DNA of 64,000 nt from Patellaria atrata CBS 101060 (GCA_010093705.1 MU006104.1:556992-620991); one strand, 5' to 3'; shown: positions 38,278 to 52,554, counted from the first letter of the stretch. The notes: generated by a model not told the origin, from the letters alone. Translations and numbers: made by a program.

Positions 38278-41200
38278 ATGGAGCGTTCAAAGTTACTCTC
38301 ATTGAGGTATTGTACTACATATGATTTTTTGCGCTGGCACCATTCCCTTACTGAAACTGTTTTAGTGGCCTAATTCTAGGCATTTGGTACGTCTCGACGA
38401 CTTATGAGACCTCTGCTACCTTTGAATACCCTTTACATTCTTTCGGCGTCATTCTATTATTTTGTGGCCTTGCAATACTGCTTACAGATAAACTGATACC
38501 CGTGGCCAAATCTGAGCTTTCTAGAGAATCTTATCTTTCTATAACACAAGAAGATCTAGATGGCTCAGTCGATCGTGCACACCTTCCAACTGATGGAATT
38601 CAAGGAAATACTGGGGCTTCAGAACAACAACTCCCTCTGCGGCGTCTAAGAGGTCGCATGATTTTGGTTCTACTGGCGGTTCTCTTGGCAGTATTAGGTA
38701 TTCGACTAGAATTGCTTCGTAGAATCATTGAGAATGTGCAGTGCTCTGATTTCAGTCCAGAGGTACGTATGTCACCTATACTAACATGTAGGATCGTATA
38801 CTAACAGAGCAAGCCATTTCTTCCCCTTTATGTTGCAGTCCATAACTACTGGCGTATTCAGAAGTATGCCTCGAACGACGCAGGAAATAAAGAAGATTCC
38901 TCCAAGGCGACCCACGATGGTGTATACACTCCGCTCCATCACAGAAGATTCAGCTCCGTTCTCATAACCTTTCTTCTCGGATGTAGTTGTGTTGTATCCT
39001 CTGCCCATGCGTCCGCGCCCACATCTACATACATTTGTGCACATTCATTACCTTATTCTCATATGATACCACTTTTTCAGTTACTTGGATTCCTATTCGA
39101 TTGCGTTATGCTCAGCATCCTTATTCGGTTTCTTGAACATACATCAGAAACGGGATCTCGAGGGTTCGAAAAGTTTTTTACACTTATAGGTTGGTTTTTG
39201 CTGGTATGTCCTGTCTGTCCCGCTTGAAACATAGACTTATCTGACTCTACGATCAGCTTGCTTCACTCATTCATATTATTATAGGCGTCACCGTATCTAT
39301 GTTAGCTTCGGTTGATCATATGTGGATATCCACTTTTCCGACTCCGTATCTCTTTCATCTGATCAAAATTTCTCTTGGCATTTCTGTTACCGTCGTATGT
39401 GCTCTGCGCTCGGTAAGTTGTTGCTCTTTAGGTCGCTTTCCGATGCGAATGTTCTACTAACTGATTAGTTGCAACACGTAAGTCTTATGACAACCTCAGT
39501 CATCATTATCTTTGTCGTTGCCTACTGTAGAGATGTAGTAATCGCATGGAGAAATTCTTTACCATATCCACCCGCTCCGGACACCGCTGCATTACTGGCT
39601 ATTCTCTTCATGGTGTTAATATTTGGAATGTACTTTCTTGCCGATACTGTAGCAGATCCGCGACACTACCCCTTTTCACGACCAACATTCCGTGCGATCC
39701 CGCGCTGGTTCATCCTCTCGCTTATACTACTATGTCTAAGTCGTGCGGGGCTTTGGCTCCTACGCCATGATGAAGTAAGGTCACATCCAATTGACATCTT
39801 GATTCACGAAGGCTTGGAACAGCATCAAACATGGTCGAAACAAGCTACGGCCTCGCAATCCTTAGGGGAGGCCGTTATGGCGTATGAAAAACGTTATGGC
39901 CGAAGTCCGCCGCCGAACTTCGATCACTGGTATGATTTTGCAAAAGCGCGGAGTTCTATAGTCATAGATGACTTTGATAATATCGAGAACGATCTTTTAC
40001 CCTTCTGGGCGTTAACTCCGGCTGTAGTTCGCCAAAGAACTTGGAATGTCATAGCTAATCCCGCACACTTTGTAGGAGGTATCTTGATTCGCGATGGTAA
40101 AGCGCAGATCAGTACAAACGTTGTACCTACACACAGATGGATGTTGGAAGGGGTGATACGGATGATCGATCAATTCTCCACCTGGCTTCCTGACATGGAT
40201 CTTGGCTTCAATCTCAACGATGAGTGCCGAGTAGCAGTACCATTTGAGGTCATTGAACCTCTGAAAGCTGAAGCTCAACGGCAGAAAACGGCGATTAGAG
40301 ATATTAAAGCTAAGACTTTCAGTCCAAACAGAGCGGATGTATGGTCAACCCTTCCTACTCAAGCTCCTCACGAGAAATTCTTCGAAGACGCCTCCGGACG
40401 CAAATCTTTCGCTAGCTGGGGTTCCATTGGGTGTGCTCCTAAATCACGCGCACGAACTGAAAGTTGGTGGAATAAGAAACATATCTGTACCGAATGCACG
40501 AAACCCCATTCTCTGGGCCAATTCGTCTCGAATTGGACTCTCGCGGCGGATATTTGTCACCAGCCGGATATTGCAGATCTCCATGGTTTCTATATCTCCC
40601 CAGCTTCTTTTAAAACCACGCGACATCTTCTACCTGTCTTCAGTCAGAGTAGAGTTTCGACCTACAATGACATTCGCTACCCTTCAGCCTGGAATTACAT
40701 GGACAAAGTCGCATATGCGCCAAGCGACGAATACCCTGATGTCCCCTATGAAAATAAAACGAACACCCTCTTTTGGCGCGGAGTTACTTCTGAGGGAGTG
40801 TCCTCAGGCAGGGGAGCTTGGAGAGGCATGGCACGGCAACGCTTCGTCCATGAAGCAACTAATTTAACATCACCACGGACTATGCTATTCTCATATACAA
40901 CTTCAATCAACCGGACCTTCATTTATAGACAGGTTGAGCCCTCAGATGTGGGTAATATTCTAAGCACAGATGTTCGCTTGACGGAAATAGCACGGTGTGG
41001 TCAACAAGATTGCTTTGATCAAAAGCGTGAATTTGGACTTGGGAACAAAACAGACTTTCAAGAGCACTGGAATTATCGTTATTTGTACGACGGCGATGGT
41101 GCTGGATTTAGCGGTCGTTTCCTACCATTTCTTCAGTCAGGGAGTCTACCCTTCAAGACAGCACTATTTCGTGAGTGGTATGAAGGAAGGTTAACGGCGT

Positions 41201-41466
41201 GGGTACATTTTGTACCCCTAGACTTGAGACTACATGGGCTGTGGAGCACACTTGCTTACTTTTCTGGAGTTGGTGATCGACTCGGCAATTCCCAGGTTTC
41301 CACAGAGGGAAAGGAAAAGGAAGGCCAGCTCATCGCAAACGCAGGAAGAGAATGGGCAGCAAAAGTTCTTCGGAAAGAAGACATGGAGATCTACTTCTTC
41401 CGACTCCTTCTAGAGTGGGGACGGTTAACTGACGATCGTAGGGATGAGATTGGATATAAGTTGTAA
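38278..41466 (+). CDS. GT90 (CAP10/Cxt1-like) glycosyltransferase with a multi-TM N-terminus
   Basis: HPIDILI, YGRSPPPNFDHWY, LFWRG, DGDGAGFSGRFLPFL and LRKEDMEIYFFRLLLEW. Upstream exons are joined by GT-AG introns (the first is 38307-38365); the exact start is inferred. Confidence 0.85.
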
Positions 41467-41933
41467 TCGATTCATATGTATTTAGTTTGGGGTTAAATAC
41501 TGTCCCCCTTCTGTAGATTTTGGATAGAGCTGGAGCTTTCATGGATATACCCGTAATATAGACTCTTTTTCAGAGGCATGTATTTTCCATTAAAGCTGAA
41601 AATCTTCCCTAGTCCAAAGGTATTTCTATCCATCTTCCCCGCCAGATTTCTCGTCGGCCTCAGTTCGGTTCGAAGATCTAAACATAAGATATCGGATATG
41701 TGCACGGGTCTCTAATTGGGCAGCACGTGTGCGAACTGTGACAGGGAACGCTAGCGGGAAAATCGCGGGCGAAGCTCAATTTTCGCCCACTTCTAACCTC
41801 GAGCCCACGCTATCACTTATTTCTTTAGACATCTTCTTTTCCACCTTGTTGAGATTTTGCTCCAATAATACAGCAAACTAAGCTGTACCTACAATTAGTG
41901 ATTTGCTTTGAACCCTCATGTTTGATACTTCAA

Positions 41934-44075
41934 ATGGTTTCCATCGCTGCTGCGCCAGGCGCGTTTTCTAGCGATATTCCGAACCATCATCTTGCCTCAA
42001 AGCGCAAGTTCGCTGGTGAAGACGTTCACGATGACTTTCTACCCTCAAGTCTAGCCAAACGCCACAAAGTCGCTTTTGCCCCGGATGTTCAGATCCGTAT
42101 CATGGACGACTATAACAATAAACCGGAGATTCTGATACGAGAAGAGGTTCGTCGTGGCATAGATAACCATATTCTCGGCGATAGTGCAGGATATGATCAG
42201 CTCAAGCACTTATTCACCGCGGAACCTGGCACCGAAGAAGCTCCAAGCACGCCTCTGCTTCAAAAATATGTTTCAGCACTCATCAATCATATCAGCATGC
42301 TCAAAAAGAATTGTTCAAGTCTTGTCCACGCCATCTTAGACTGTGACTGGTTAGGAAGAGACGAACGATTTGTGGCCTTATATACCCGGTTGTTAGAAAG
42401 TCTCTTGTCTGCTCACGGAGGTTATGCTACCTCTGTTCTCGAAATGGTTGTTACCAACTTTGTTGATTGTAGGTCGCGTCACTCGCGCAGATACATTTCT
42501 CGTGCTTACACCTTGGCAGTACCGCCGTCTACTGGACAGTTACCGGGCAATGTACCGGTTAATAAATCGGAACTACAAGCTAGAGCTCATAGGGTCCTCA
42601 AATCCCTACTCACTCGAATTCCGTCTGCTAGTTCATCGCTTGCTCCTATTCTCTCCGCTACATTTCCGTTTTCTACCGATTCTACTCGCGCCCACATCGA
42701 ATATACTCAAAACCTACTTTTCCTTACTACCTACACCCCTGAATTGAAAGGCCAAATACTAGCTCTGATCATCGAAAAGCTGGTTAAGATTGACGTACAG
42801 ATCCAGGTTGATATGGAGGATCTCGAGGACGAATTGGAAGAGAATTTGGTTGGAGATATAGTTGAAGGGCATGGGCGCTTTCACGAAGAAGATGAGGAAG
42901 GTGATCTTAGCGAAGTTGAATCTGACACGCCAAGTAGAGGGAGTGTTGCGGACGAGGAAGAGCGATTAAACCATCTTAAACAATCGATCGTCAAGCTAGA
43001 CACCATCATGGATCTACTTTTCAATTACTACCACCCCATCTTCTCCAAGGGCACGCAATCAGAGAGTATCGAGGCTTTCGAACACCTTCAGCTCCAATTC
43101 TCTTCGACCATTCTTCCGACTTACCGTTCTCGGCATACACAATTTCTACTTTTCCACTTCGGACAGTCCTCACCAGTTCTTATCGAGAGATTTGTTGGCT
43201 CATGTGCGAAATTGTCCTTCGATAAAAACCAGCCTCATTTCCTTCGGCTCTCGGCTGCTGCATACTTAGCCAGCTTTATCGCACGTGGCGCGCACGTATC
43301 CCGCACCGTTGTAAACGACGTTTTTGACGTACTCGGAAATCACCTCGATAACCTTCGCCGTACTCATGAACCCTCATGTGTTGGTCCAGACCTCCAACGA
43401 TACGGGGCGTACTATGCTCTGGCACAGGCCTTACTTTACATTTTCTGTTTTCGATGGCGCGACCTCGTCATCAGTGAAGAATACGACGATGAAGATGATG
43501 AAGACATCCTTTTGGAAGGCAGAGATTTAAGTTGGGCCCGCGGAATCAAGGACCTACTTACGCGCAACATCTACTCTAGACTCAATCCGCTCAAAATCTG
43601 CTCACCTGCCATTGTCACGCAGTTCGCTCGTTTTGCCCATCACCTTCGGTTTATGTATGTCTTTCCACTCATAGAGACGAACAAAAGAATTCGATTTTCG
43701 CGTTCAGTGATGTCGTCAGCTCGAATTAGTGGTATGGGGGAACGAGAGACATCCTTATCAACTAAGCGCGGTGACGATGCATTTCAGCTGGATGCCTACT
43801 TCCCTTTCGATCCTTACAGTTTACCTCGAAGCAGAAGGTGGCTTTCTAGCGATTATATTGAGTGGAAGAGCATACCTGGGCTTGACGATAGCAAGAATAA
43901 CGAAGATATAGATGAGGACGACGACGACGACGACGACGATGAGGACGATGATGATGATAGCGATTCCCCGACTAGTGTAGATGACAGCGAGTCTGACGAT
44001 GATGATAACGCCGAAGATGGAATGCTGTTGGCGCACTTCGACAGGACAAGCACCGACACCGAGGGTAGTCCATGA
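41934..44075 (+). CDS. RRN3: RNA polymerase I initiation factor Rrn3
   Basis: EKLVKIDVQIQ, ILPTYRSRHTQFLLF, AAAYLASFIARG, LNPLKICSP and LDAYFPFDPY, plus an acidic tail. Probable in-frame intron at 42469-42519. Confidence 0.93.
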   Translation: MVSIAAAPGAFSSDIPNHHLASKRKFAGEDVHDDFLPSSLAKRHKVAFAPDVQIRIMDDYNNKPEILIREEVRRGIDNHILGDSAGYDQLKHLFTAEPGTEEAPSTPLLQKYVSALINHISMLKKNCSSLVHAILDCDWLGRDERFVALYTRLLESLLSAHGGYATSVLEMVVTNFVDCRSRHSRRYISRAYTLAVPPSTGQLPGNVPVNKSELQARAHRVLKSLLTRIPSASSSLAPILSATFPFSTDSTRAHIEYTQNLLFLTTYTPELKGQILALIIEKLVKIDVQIQVDMEDLEDELEENLVGDIVEGHGRFHEEDEEGDLSEVESDTPSRGSVADEEERLNHLKQSIVKLDTIMDLLFNYYHPIFSKGTQSESIEAFEHLQLQFSSTILPTYRSRHTQFLLFHFGQSSPVLIERFVGSCAKLSFDKNQPHFLRLSAAAYLASFIARGAHVSRTVVNDVFDVLGNHLDNLRRTHEPSCVGPDLQRYGAYYALAQALLYIFCFRWRDLVISEEYDDEDDEDILLEGRDLSWARGIKDLLTRNIYSRLNPLKICSPAIVTQFARFAHHLRFMYVFPLIETNKRIRFSRSVMSSARISGMGERETSLSTKRGDDAFQLDAYFPFDPYSLPRSRRWLSSDYIEWKSIPGLDDSKNNEDIDEDDDDDDDDEDDDDDSDSPTSVDDSESDDDDNAEDGMLLAHFDRTSTDTEGSP

Positions 44076-44412
44076 GATGATGGTGGCCGATAGATTCATT
44101 GAGCGTAGGATTTAGTATATTTTTCTCAGCATTGGTCTCGAATTTTGGACGGATTAATGGGCATTTAGCGTGGCGTTCGGATACGATGATACGACCACTA
44201 AAAGAGTGCATGGGCATACGGATTTGATACTTAAGGATGAGCCTTTTATTAGTTTATCGAGTAGAAAGAACTAACAAGATGTGATTCGTGGTCTCGTATC
44301 AGTATAAGCCTTTCTTCCTTCAAATATTTCACCAAATTATTCCATGATAATGATGTCCCATATGTTCCCATCGTGTTCAAAAATGCAATTGAGCAAGTGC
44401 TAACTCTCCACA

Positions 44413-44843
44413 TTAGGAGAGACCTAGCGGGTTCCTTGCATTCCCCTTCGTCTGATAACCTGAGGTACTCGAGCCCGGATTCGCCTTAGCCTGTCTCTCG
44501 ATTTTGACACTTTCCTTGCTCCTCGCTAGGGCGAGAGGGTTTGAAGCGGTAGAACTCCTCGAGCCTGTTGCGCCTGTCGAGTTCTTGATATTGTTCCCGT
44601 ATTCTTTAACGGTATCACCCCAATTACGTGTGGCGTCTGTTACGCTGCGAAATACGAGTAATTAGCGGATCTATAATTACAAAGGAAGTACATGGAGGGA
44701 TAAGTATCATACCTATTGCCAGCATTTCTTCCCGCTCCTGAAACGCCGTTTCCGAGACCGTTGATAACGGTGCCGGTGAAGTTGCCAGCGGCCGAGACCC
44801 CAGAATTGTATGTTCGTGTGATCCAGCTGTCATTAGGTGCCAT
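44413..44843 (-). CDS. Small Gly/Ser/Thr-rich hypothetical protein (2 exons)
   Basis: MAPNDSWITRTYNSGV...GRNAGNS then VTDATRNWGDTVKEYGNNIKNSTGA...RNPLGLS*. Intron at about 44712-44646 with a GTATGA donor and GCTAAT branch site. Confidence 0.7.
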
Positions 44844-45782
44844 GTTGATATCAGATTGTTATTATTTTGTGTCTTGTGGCCTTCAGTTTAATATGATTCA
44901 CATTGTTTGAATATTTCGGATTCGATATTGACAACAGGCTTGATATTTCACTTAAGAGGGCGAATAACGTCATCAAAAGGGCTGCTGCAGGTTAACTAGC
45001 AAACGGGTGTGGCGGGGCAGGATGATTCGCCTAGGCCCGATAGCCTGGCGCCCTTCAGTTTGGGCATATTTCGTAGTGGGGATGGTGTAGAATGCCGGCT
45101 GGGAAAAGGGACCGGGATGTCGCAGCCGACGGTCTCGGCCAAGATCCTCAAACGACGACATCTTTTCCTTTCTGCCCCTTTTAGTCGAACCTCATATGCT
45201 CTTTCATAGAGAATAATTCTGAATAATATTCCGCCACATTGGAAACCTGCGCTTAAGGCATCTTTTTGCTATGAACTGGGTCGTTCTGTATGAGGAGGAA
45301 TGAAGAATCGTATTGTGATACAGCTCTAACATCGACTTCACAGACCTGAAGAAAACAGTGGTTGACAGGTCTCACAAACTGTCCGGCATATTTGATACCG
45401 TTTAGAATCCCATTATTCACCATCATTCACCTGTCCTCGACCTACCATATATTCACATTGAATACGTTCACGCACGTCAGGCTTTTCCCCCCGCTTTATC
45501 ATGTCGTACCTACCGAATCCATGTCTATGAAGAATTGGAAGGAGCGTCTTCACCTTCACCTTCCGCCGTCCCGGGCAACCAAGTCAAGATATCTCGTGAT
45601 CAGCAAACGCGCCTACTTACACGCGTTTGTTGATATCTCTCAACCACATAACTTTGTAAGTTCATGTTCTACCGCAACTTCTCCATCTTCTACTTTCCTT
45701 CTCTCTCAATCTCCGCCTTTCACCTTCCACCTTCCACATTCGTGGCTTCGGCCGCGCTTTCTACATCTGTTCTTTCTTCATA

Positions 45783-48700
45783 ATGGTCAATTCTCCATCA
45801 AATCTCCGCTCCCCCAACTCCTCTGCGGACACGAAATCTGCGCGTCCTTCACACGATCAAGGGCACAAAAAGAGTGGGGACGAAACACCCTCATTGAGAA
45901 CCTCTACCAACTCGAAAGAGGAGAAGCCAAGCGGATTAAGGCGATTCAAGCGCTCACTAACAAGTGATTCAGAAGGGTTTATTCCTCGAATCGTGAGAGC
46001 ATTTTCGAACACTTCATCCGCTGCAAGGTCAACATCTATTGAAGCAGGTGAACGGTATGTTAGTCACGAAAACTCACCAAATCGCTTTTCGGTTATCGAG
46101 GACGAAGATTTCTTCGCTCCAGAAATCGATTCTCCCCTATCATGTAATGGCTTTAGCCGGTACCCTTCTTTCCCCGCTTCTCGTCGTATCTCACATTCCA
46201 CATCAATTCCTGCCACTCCTTTAGTCTTGCACAAGCACCTAACACCTACTTCTAGTTCTCCATCTGGAAGAAGGTTTTTGATTGAAAAGCTTGAAAATCA
46301 TCGTGAAGAAACGCAATCGAAAGTCACTGATGCCGAGTCTGGAGCACTTCCTGTCCAACTCACCGATTCTTTTCCGCCCGCGAGTTCATCAACCCCCAGT
46401 GTGGTGACAATCAGATCTTCAAAACCCGAACGACCAAGATCTTCTGCCTCTGGCATCATGAATTCACTGAGCGTTCCTTCGACGACTACAGGGCATCGTG
46501 TACGGCAAGTGCAGGCTGCAAAGGAGTGGCAGGATTTCGTTGAGGAAAAGGCGACCCGTACTGGCAGCGACCCTCCGCCTTACGAATTTCTAGAACTTAT
46601 CGGGAAGGGTTCCTTTGGACGTGTCTATAAAGCGTACGCTAAGTTGCCCCCCGACCTATTAGTATTCTCTACTATTTGCGGCAAGCTTCTTACTAATCAC
46701 TCTCGTCATTAGCAAGGACCGTAACACCCAAAATATTGTTGCTGTCAAAGTTGTCGAGATTGATGATCAAGATTACAGAGAACGGCCTCATACGAAAGAT
46801 GAAAATATCAAGTCCTTCTTCAAAGAGATTAACGTCCTTCAACAACTCAAGGAGAGCAAAGCCAAAAATATCAACATCATATACGATGCATTTTCCGTCC
46901 ACTCGTATCTCTGGCTTGTTAGCGAATATTGCCCTGGTGGGAGTGTCCACACTCTCATGAAGCCGTGTACAAAGGGCATTGGTCTGGAAGAACGATTCAT
47001 AATTCCGATCGCAAGAGAACTTGCGATTGCACTAAAGACTGTTCATGAAGCGGGTGTTCTACATCGTGATGTCAAATGTAAGGATTTTCTTCCCTGTGAT
47101 TATCACCGTAACTTCAACGAAGAAACACTCCGTTAACTTTTTGCCATAGGTGCCAACATTTTGGTGACAGAAGATGGAAGGGTCCAACTTTGTGACTTTG
47201 GTGTTGCTGCGGTGCTCGAGAGTAATGCAGCAAAGAGGACAACGGTCCTTGGAACGCCGCACTGGTCTCCTCCGGAGATGGTCAGCGCGATGAAGAACCA
47301 AGGCGAGAAAGCCCTCCCGTATGGTGCTGAGTTCGATTGTTGGGCTTTTGGTTGTACTGTCTACGAACTTGCGACAGGACTGCCGCCAAACTCGAACCTT
47401 GATATATTCAGGCTCCCGATCACTTTACGCAGAGCTCCCCCGAGATTGCAAGGAGATCAATATTCCCCAGGCCTCCGCGACTTCGTGGCATTTTGTCTTG
47501 AATTGAGACCAGAAGATAGACCAACCGCGGCAGAAATTTTAGCGCATCCGTATATTACAAATACGTCTGAGCACTATCCAACCGACTCATTAACCGAACT
47601 AATCGAGCGCTACGCAAAATGGGAGCAAGAAGGAGGACATAGAGCGTCTCTCTTCAACCCATTTGGTGCGCAAGCACCCGTCACTGGTCAAGATGCGCAA
47701 TTGCCTTGGACCGAAGATGACGAGTGGAACTTTAGTTACACTGAACAATTTGCGCGAGAACATCGCATGCCCACCGAGTTGAATACTCAGCAAATAACTG
47801 AGAACAACGTATTGGTAGAGGCACAGATTGAGAGAGGAGCGAAGTTCATGGGCAATCTATTTGACCCGACAGCGAAGCCGTACTCCTACAATGGAGTTGA
47901 AGGAGGAAGGCGAACATCTTTCTTACCTCTCGCCAACGACGCACCGATAAGATCAACTTCACTGAATGTCAACGAGGGACTGGACGAATCACACATTGAA
48001 ATTCCAAATCTCGACGATGCAGCGACGATAAAGCCACGCCGGAGCCACTATTGGTATTCTAACGATGATTATTCACAACAAGATGATGATTATCAGTATC
48101 GGCTCAACGAGACACGACGTGCGACCAGAGATTGGACAATGGCCCGCGCCATTGCTACTGCTCCTTTGCAGGATAAGCCAGATCGCAAGACAAAAGATTC
48201 TGACAGTCAAAAGCATAAAAAGCGAGGTACCTTGGGCTGGACCTTCGCAACAGCTATTCCTGAGGGTCAAACCTCTAGCATGTCAGATCAAGGGCCGAGT
48301 TTCGGCTACACCCAAGAGACTTCTTTCCGTCCGCCCCTTCGACATGCTGCGACTATGCAAGTAGTTAGCGATCTTCACCACACCGCATCAGCACCGGACT
48401 CTCCTGTCAGAACTTCCATGATTGATCTTGATCTTGCGTTACCTGCGGACTACGGCCGTCCTTCGACATCAGGGTCGACAACTGACTCGCAATACGCGGA
48501 TCTGGGCACTGGTGATCCATTCGATCTTGAAGATCAAGTTCACCTCACAGAACGTAGTAATCGAATGTCTATTCACATGAAGTCTGCTTCGGAGCCTACA
48601 CAGCAGCTCCATAACCGCCAAGAGCGGCCGAGCCGCATATACAAAGATGAAGATGGTGGTCCTCACCAGCGTAATGAGAGTACTTCCACGGCTAGTACGA

Positions 48701-49188
48701 CAGACGTAGACTTCGCGTTTCATGACGAGCCAGTATCCTGGAATCAGCGAGATGCATACGGACAGTATCAAACGAGCAACAAAACCGGCGCATCGAACTT
48801 AACGGGATCATCAAGCCAGATGCCATCTTATGGAATTAATACAGACGATGAGGATGAATCAGATGCAGATGGAAGAACGGGTACTTACCGTGGTCGCTCT
48901 ACCTATGCTGTTTTGCAACCAGCAACGCTGAATCACCCTCAAGTGAGTGTCGAAGCATCAGGACGTAGGATCTGCGATGCTCCGTTACCCGATCCTCCAC
49001 ATCCATCGGCGTTGATACATGATGCTGATGCTGATATACTGGCATCTGAGTTAGCTCGAACTGCACGAGACCTGGAAGAGGCTATGTCACTGTTCGCCGA
49101 TAACCTAGACATGGTGGGAATGGGAACGTACGGCGACGCCGCCGAATATGGCCATGAGAATGGTAACGAGAGTGCTGGAGGACGTTGA
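45783..49188 (+). CDS. Ste20/GCK-family kinase (Kic1/Nak1-like), 3 exons; start may be 45783 or 46458
   Basis: YEFLELIGKGSFGRVYK, VAVKVV, HRDVKCANIL, CDFGVA and GTPHWSPPE, followed by a long disordered tail. Confidence 0.85.
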
Positions 49189-50419
49189 TGCCTCTTTTAT
49201 GCTCGATTCTTTAGGTGCTTTGTTTTTTGGAGTCGTTTGGAAAAATTTGGGGTTGCACAAAGATACCACCATCAGCAAGGCAATCTTTTGATTTACTGGT
49301 GTTCATTGGATGGGACTTTACGGGATTCTTGAGCATGGGATTGGCGCTTATCAAGGATGAACGTTTATGAAGATCCCTCTGGAATTTATTGTAATCGGGT
49401 GGAAGATGGAGTGGTAGAGAGATGGTTTCACTTATTAGGCAGTTCATACCAGAGTCCAAGCGGCATTCAGACTCACTGCTCGTCGCAGCCAGGCTCAGGA
49501 TATTGTCGACTGAGTAATTACAGATGGTCAAAGGTTAGGTTGATAGCCGCATATTAGCATTTGGGAATGCATAGGAAACCTTCTATTTAATTGAATCTTG
49601 AATTGACTACACGATACCTTTGCTAGTTCATATGTTGGACGGGACCTGACTTTACTAAGCTTTAGACCTTCACATCACCTTCCACTTTCGCTTTAGCTTA
49701 CTCCCCGCAATAGATAAGGCAAAGAAAAAAAAGAACAGCCACGGCATCACATCTCACTATAGAGGAGTAGAGTTAAGGTATATACTGTAGTTCCATTTGC
49801 GAACTCAAGGAACGAACACACAAGGCTACCACGCCCTTTGATAAGCCACGTTGTAAGCGGATATCTGCCCCACAATACCACTATGTATACCTGCAATCCA
49901 AGATATCCAAGATATCCCACAGATCCCACCTTTTTATTCGGGTTATTCGGGACATCACTACACCCTATTACCAATTTACCGGCTACGCCCTACTAAGAGG
50001 CATTTCTATCATAGATTCGCAGTTCCTGTACCTTAAGCGAACCCATTAACATGATCCATAGCACAACGACTAATGCTGCATTCCAGTATCTGGGTATAGC
50101 TTCACTCTTAATTCCGAGCACATTCAAGCCTCCCATTACTGATATCAGCCTCTAACCCCACTCCATGCAACGGAGATCACTGACTTAGGATCCTGGATTC
50201 GTGTTATCTCGCATTTCGACGTATCGGTTGTGAGTCAACTGAACGGTGTGAGGCTGTATGTTCAAAGTTGCCGGTAAGCGATGGATGCGGCCTGATAACT
50301 TGCTCGAAGAATATTTCCTACAGGATGAAGATGTATAAATCGGTCAGTCCGTTATGCAATATAAGGTTTGTTTCTGTGTGGCACTTTCATATCTCTTGTT
50401 CTGCTTTTGAGCGTGCAAA

Positions 50420-52554
50420 ATGTTGTCCTCGTTCAATTCACGTTCTATATTGACTCTACTCTTTCTTTCCCCAGCTCAGTTAACAGCTGGAAGATCATTT
50501 CGTCAAACTTCTACGGTCAATTTCAAAGGTCCATTTTCCGTTGAAGCTAATAGCGCTCATAATGTGCACATTGAGTATACTGGACCTTTGGACGGCGAGC
50601 TCTCAATTCATTATGGACCATGCGAGATGGACCGTGTAGAAGCAACACACCACTGTTTGGGACGAACACATGTCGGGGGACATCCATTGGCGCGACGTCA
50701 CGCAGATTACGCTGAGAACAGGCCTACCAGATTCGTCTGGCTGACACCTGAATCGATGCCAGATGCCTATTGTCTACATGCCTTCTCGGAAGACGTACCA
50801 GTAGGCGTATCCGAGCCTATTATGGTAACAAAGAGACAAAACAGGCGCGGTGCTGCATTTGCTGACATTGCGGATGCAATGGGCCCTTGGTTTGATGGCG
50901 TTGAGTACTTACGTCAGAAAGAGCCAGATGATGTGTTTGTGGCACAGGTAAAGTCGAAGAAATTTGGCATCATAGGTGGTGGAATGAGCGGTCTGATGAC
51001 ATCTGTAAGAGTTACTCAAAGATCTATTGGGGACGTTACACTAACAAGCCACTTTAGCACCTGTTAGAATCTGTTGGCATACATGATTGGACAATCCTAG
51101 AATCATCAGGCAGAGTTGGGGGCCGAGTACATACCTCCTACCTCAATGGCACAGCCCCTGAAGACTATCAGTATCAGGAAATGGGACCGATGAGATTTCC
51201 CGTGAGTATTGAGTACGCCGGCACGAACGAGAGCCTGGAAATCCAAGATCACAAAATGGTATTCCAATTGGCAGATACTCTCAACGCAATCCATGGAATT
51301 GGCTCAGATCTTGCCGTGAAATTCATCCCTTGGATACAGTCGAACCCTAACGTCCCAGGTGCTACATCCAAACGAAGACCGGACGGCACTGTTCCCAGCA
51401 GAGGAGAAATCGCAGACGACCCGCAGCTGCAGGATGACCCAACCCTATCATACTCCAATGCCACAGAGGTCGCAGCAGCCTCTGAAATAGTTGAAGACTT
51501 CATCGACCTCTCCGAAGAGAAGATCCGCCTAACTGCAACGAACATCTTCCAAGCGCACAAGCAAGCCATTGAAGACGGTCTCTTCGACTTCTCCGAATCC
51601 GAATACCTCCGCTTCATAATGCACCGAACGCTCAACATCAGCGACCAGGCCGCCTCCCTCGCCGACGTCGGGCCCATGTGGTTCTACGACTCCGTCTACT
51701 TTTCCGCCACGACCTGGCGCACCATCGACAAAGGCCTCTCCTCCCTCCCACGGGCCTTCGAGCCCCTCGTCCTCCCCAGAACCAAACTCCACACCCGCGT
51801 AGACGGCCTCCGCTGGGACAACACCACGCGCCAAATAACCATCACCCACCGCCCGACCTCGGACCCCTTCGCCCCAGCCTCAACCTCAACCTTCGACCAC
51901 GCCATCATCGCCGTCCCCTTTACCCGCGCCCGCCTCTGGCGTCTTCCCCCCTACTCCTCCCTCCTCACCCGCGCAATCCAAACCCTAAACTACCAGCCCT
52001 CCTGCAAACTGGCCCTCCACTTCTCCACCCGCTTCTGGGAGCACCTCCCCTCGCCCATCCTCGGCGGCTGCGGCGCAACAGACATCCCAGGTCTTGGTAG
52101 CATATGCTACCCGTCCTACACCCTCAACGCCACCGGCCCCGGGGTGTTGCTGGCGAGCTACAGCTCCGGCACCCCGGCCCGCTCCCTCTCCTCTATGACC
52201 GAGGCCGAACACCTCGCCTGGGCCCTCCGCGCCGTCGCCGAGATCCACGGTCCCGTCGCTATGGACTCGTACACGGGTAACTACGACCGCGTGTGCTGGG
52301 AGCTCGATCCGCACGAGGGAGGGGCGTGGGCCGCCCCCTTAGCGGGACAACAGCATTTGTTTCTTCCTGCGTATTGGCAAACGGAGTTCGGGACTGTGTT
52401 TGTGGGTGAGCATACCAGTTTCACGCATGCGTGGATTTTTTCCGCGCTGGAGAGTGCGGTTAGGGGGACGGCGCAGCTGTTGTTGGATTTGGGGCTTGTG
52501 GATGAGGCGAGGGGGGTTACGAGAGAGTGGATGGCGAGGTGGGTGAGCGTTTGA
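50420..52554 (+). CDS. Secreted flavin-containing amine / L-amino-acid oxidase (2 exons)
   Basis: Signal peptide, GIIGGGMSGL, GRVGGRVHT, EMGPMRFP and FVGEHTSFTHAWIFSALESAVR. Intron at about 51005-51057. Confidence 0.9.

Noticed and set aside
43910..44010. GAY trinucleotide repeat
   Set aside because: It simply encodes the Rrn3 poly-Asp tail.
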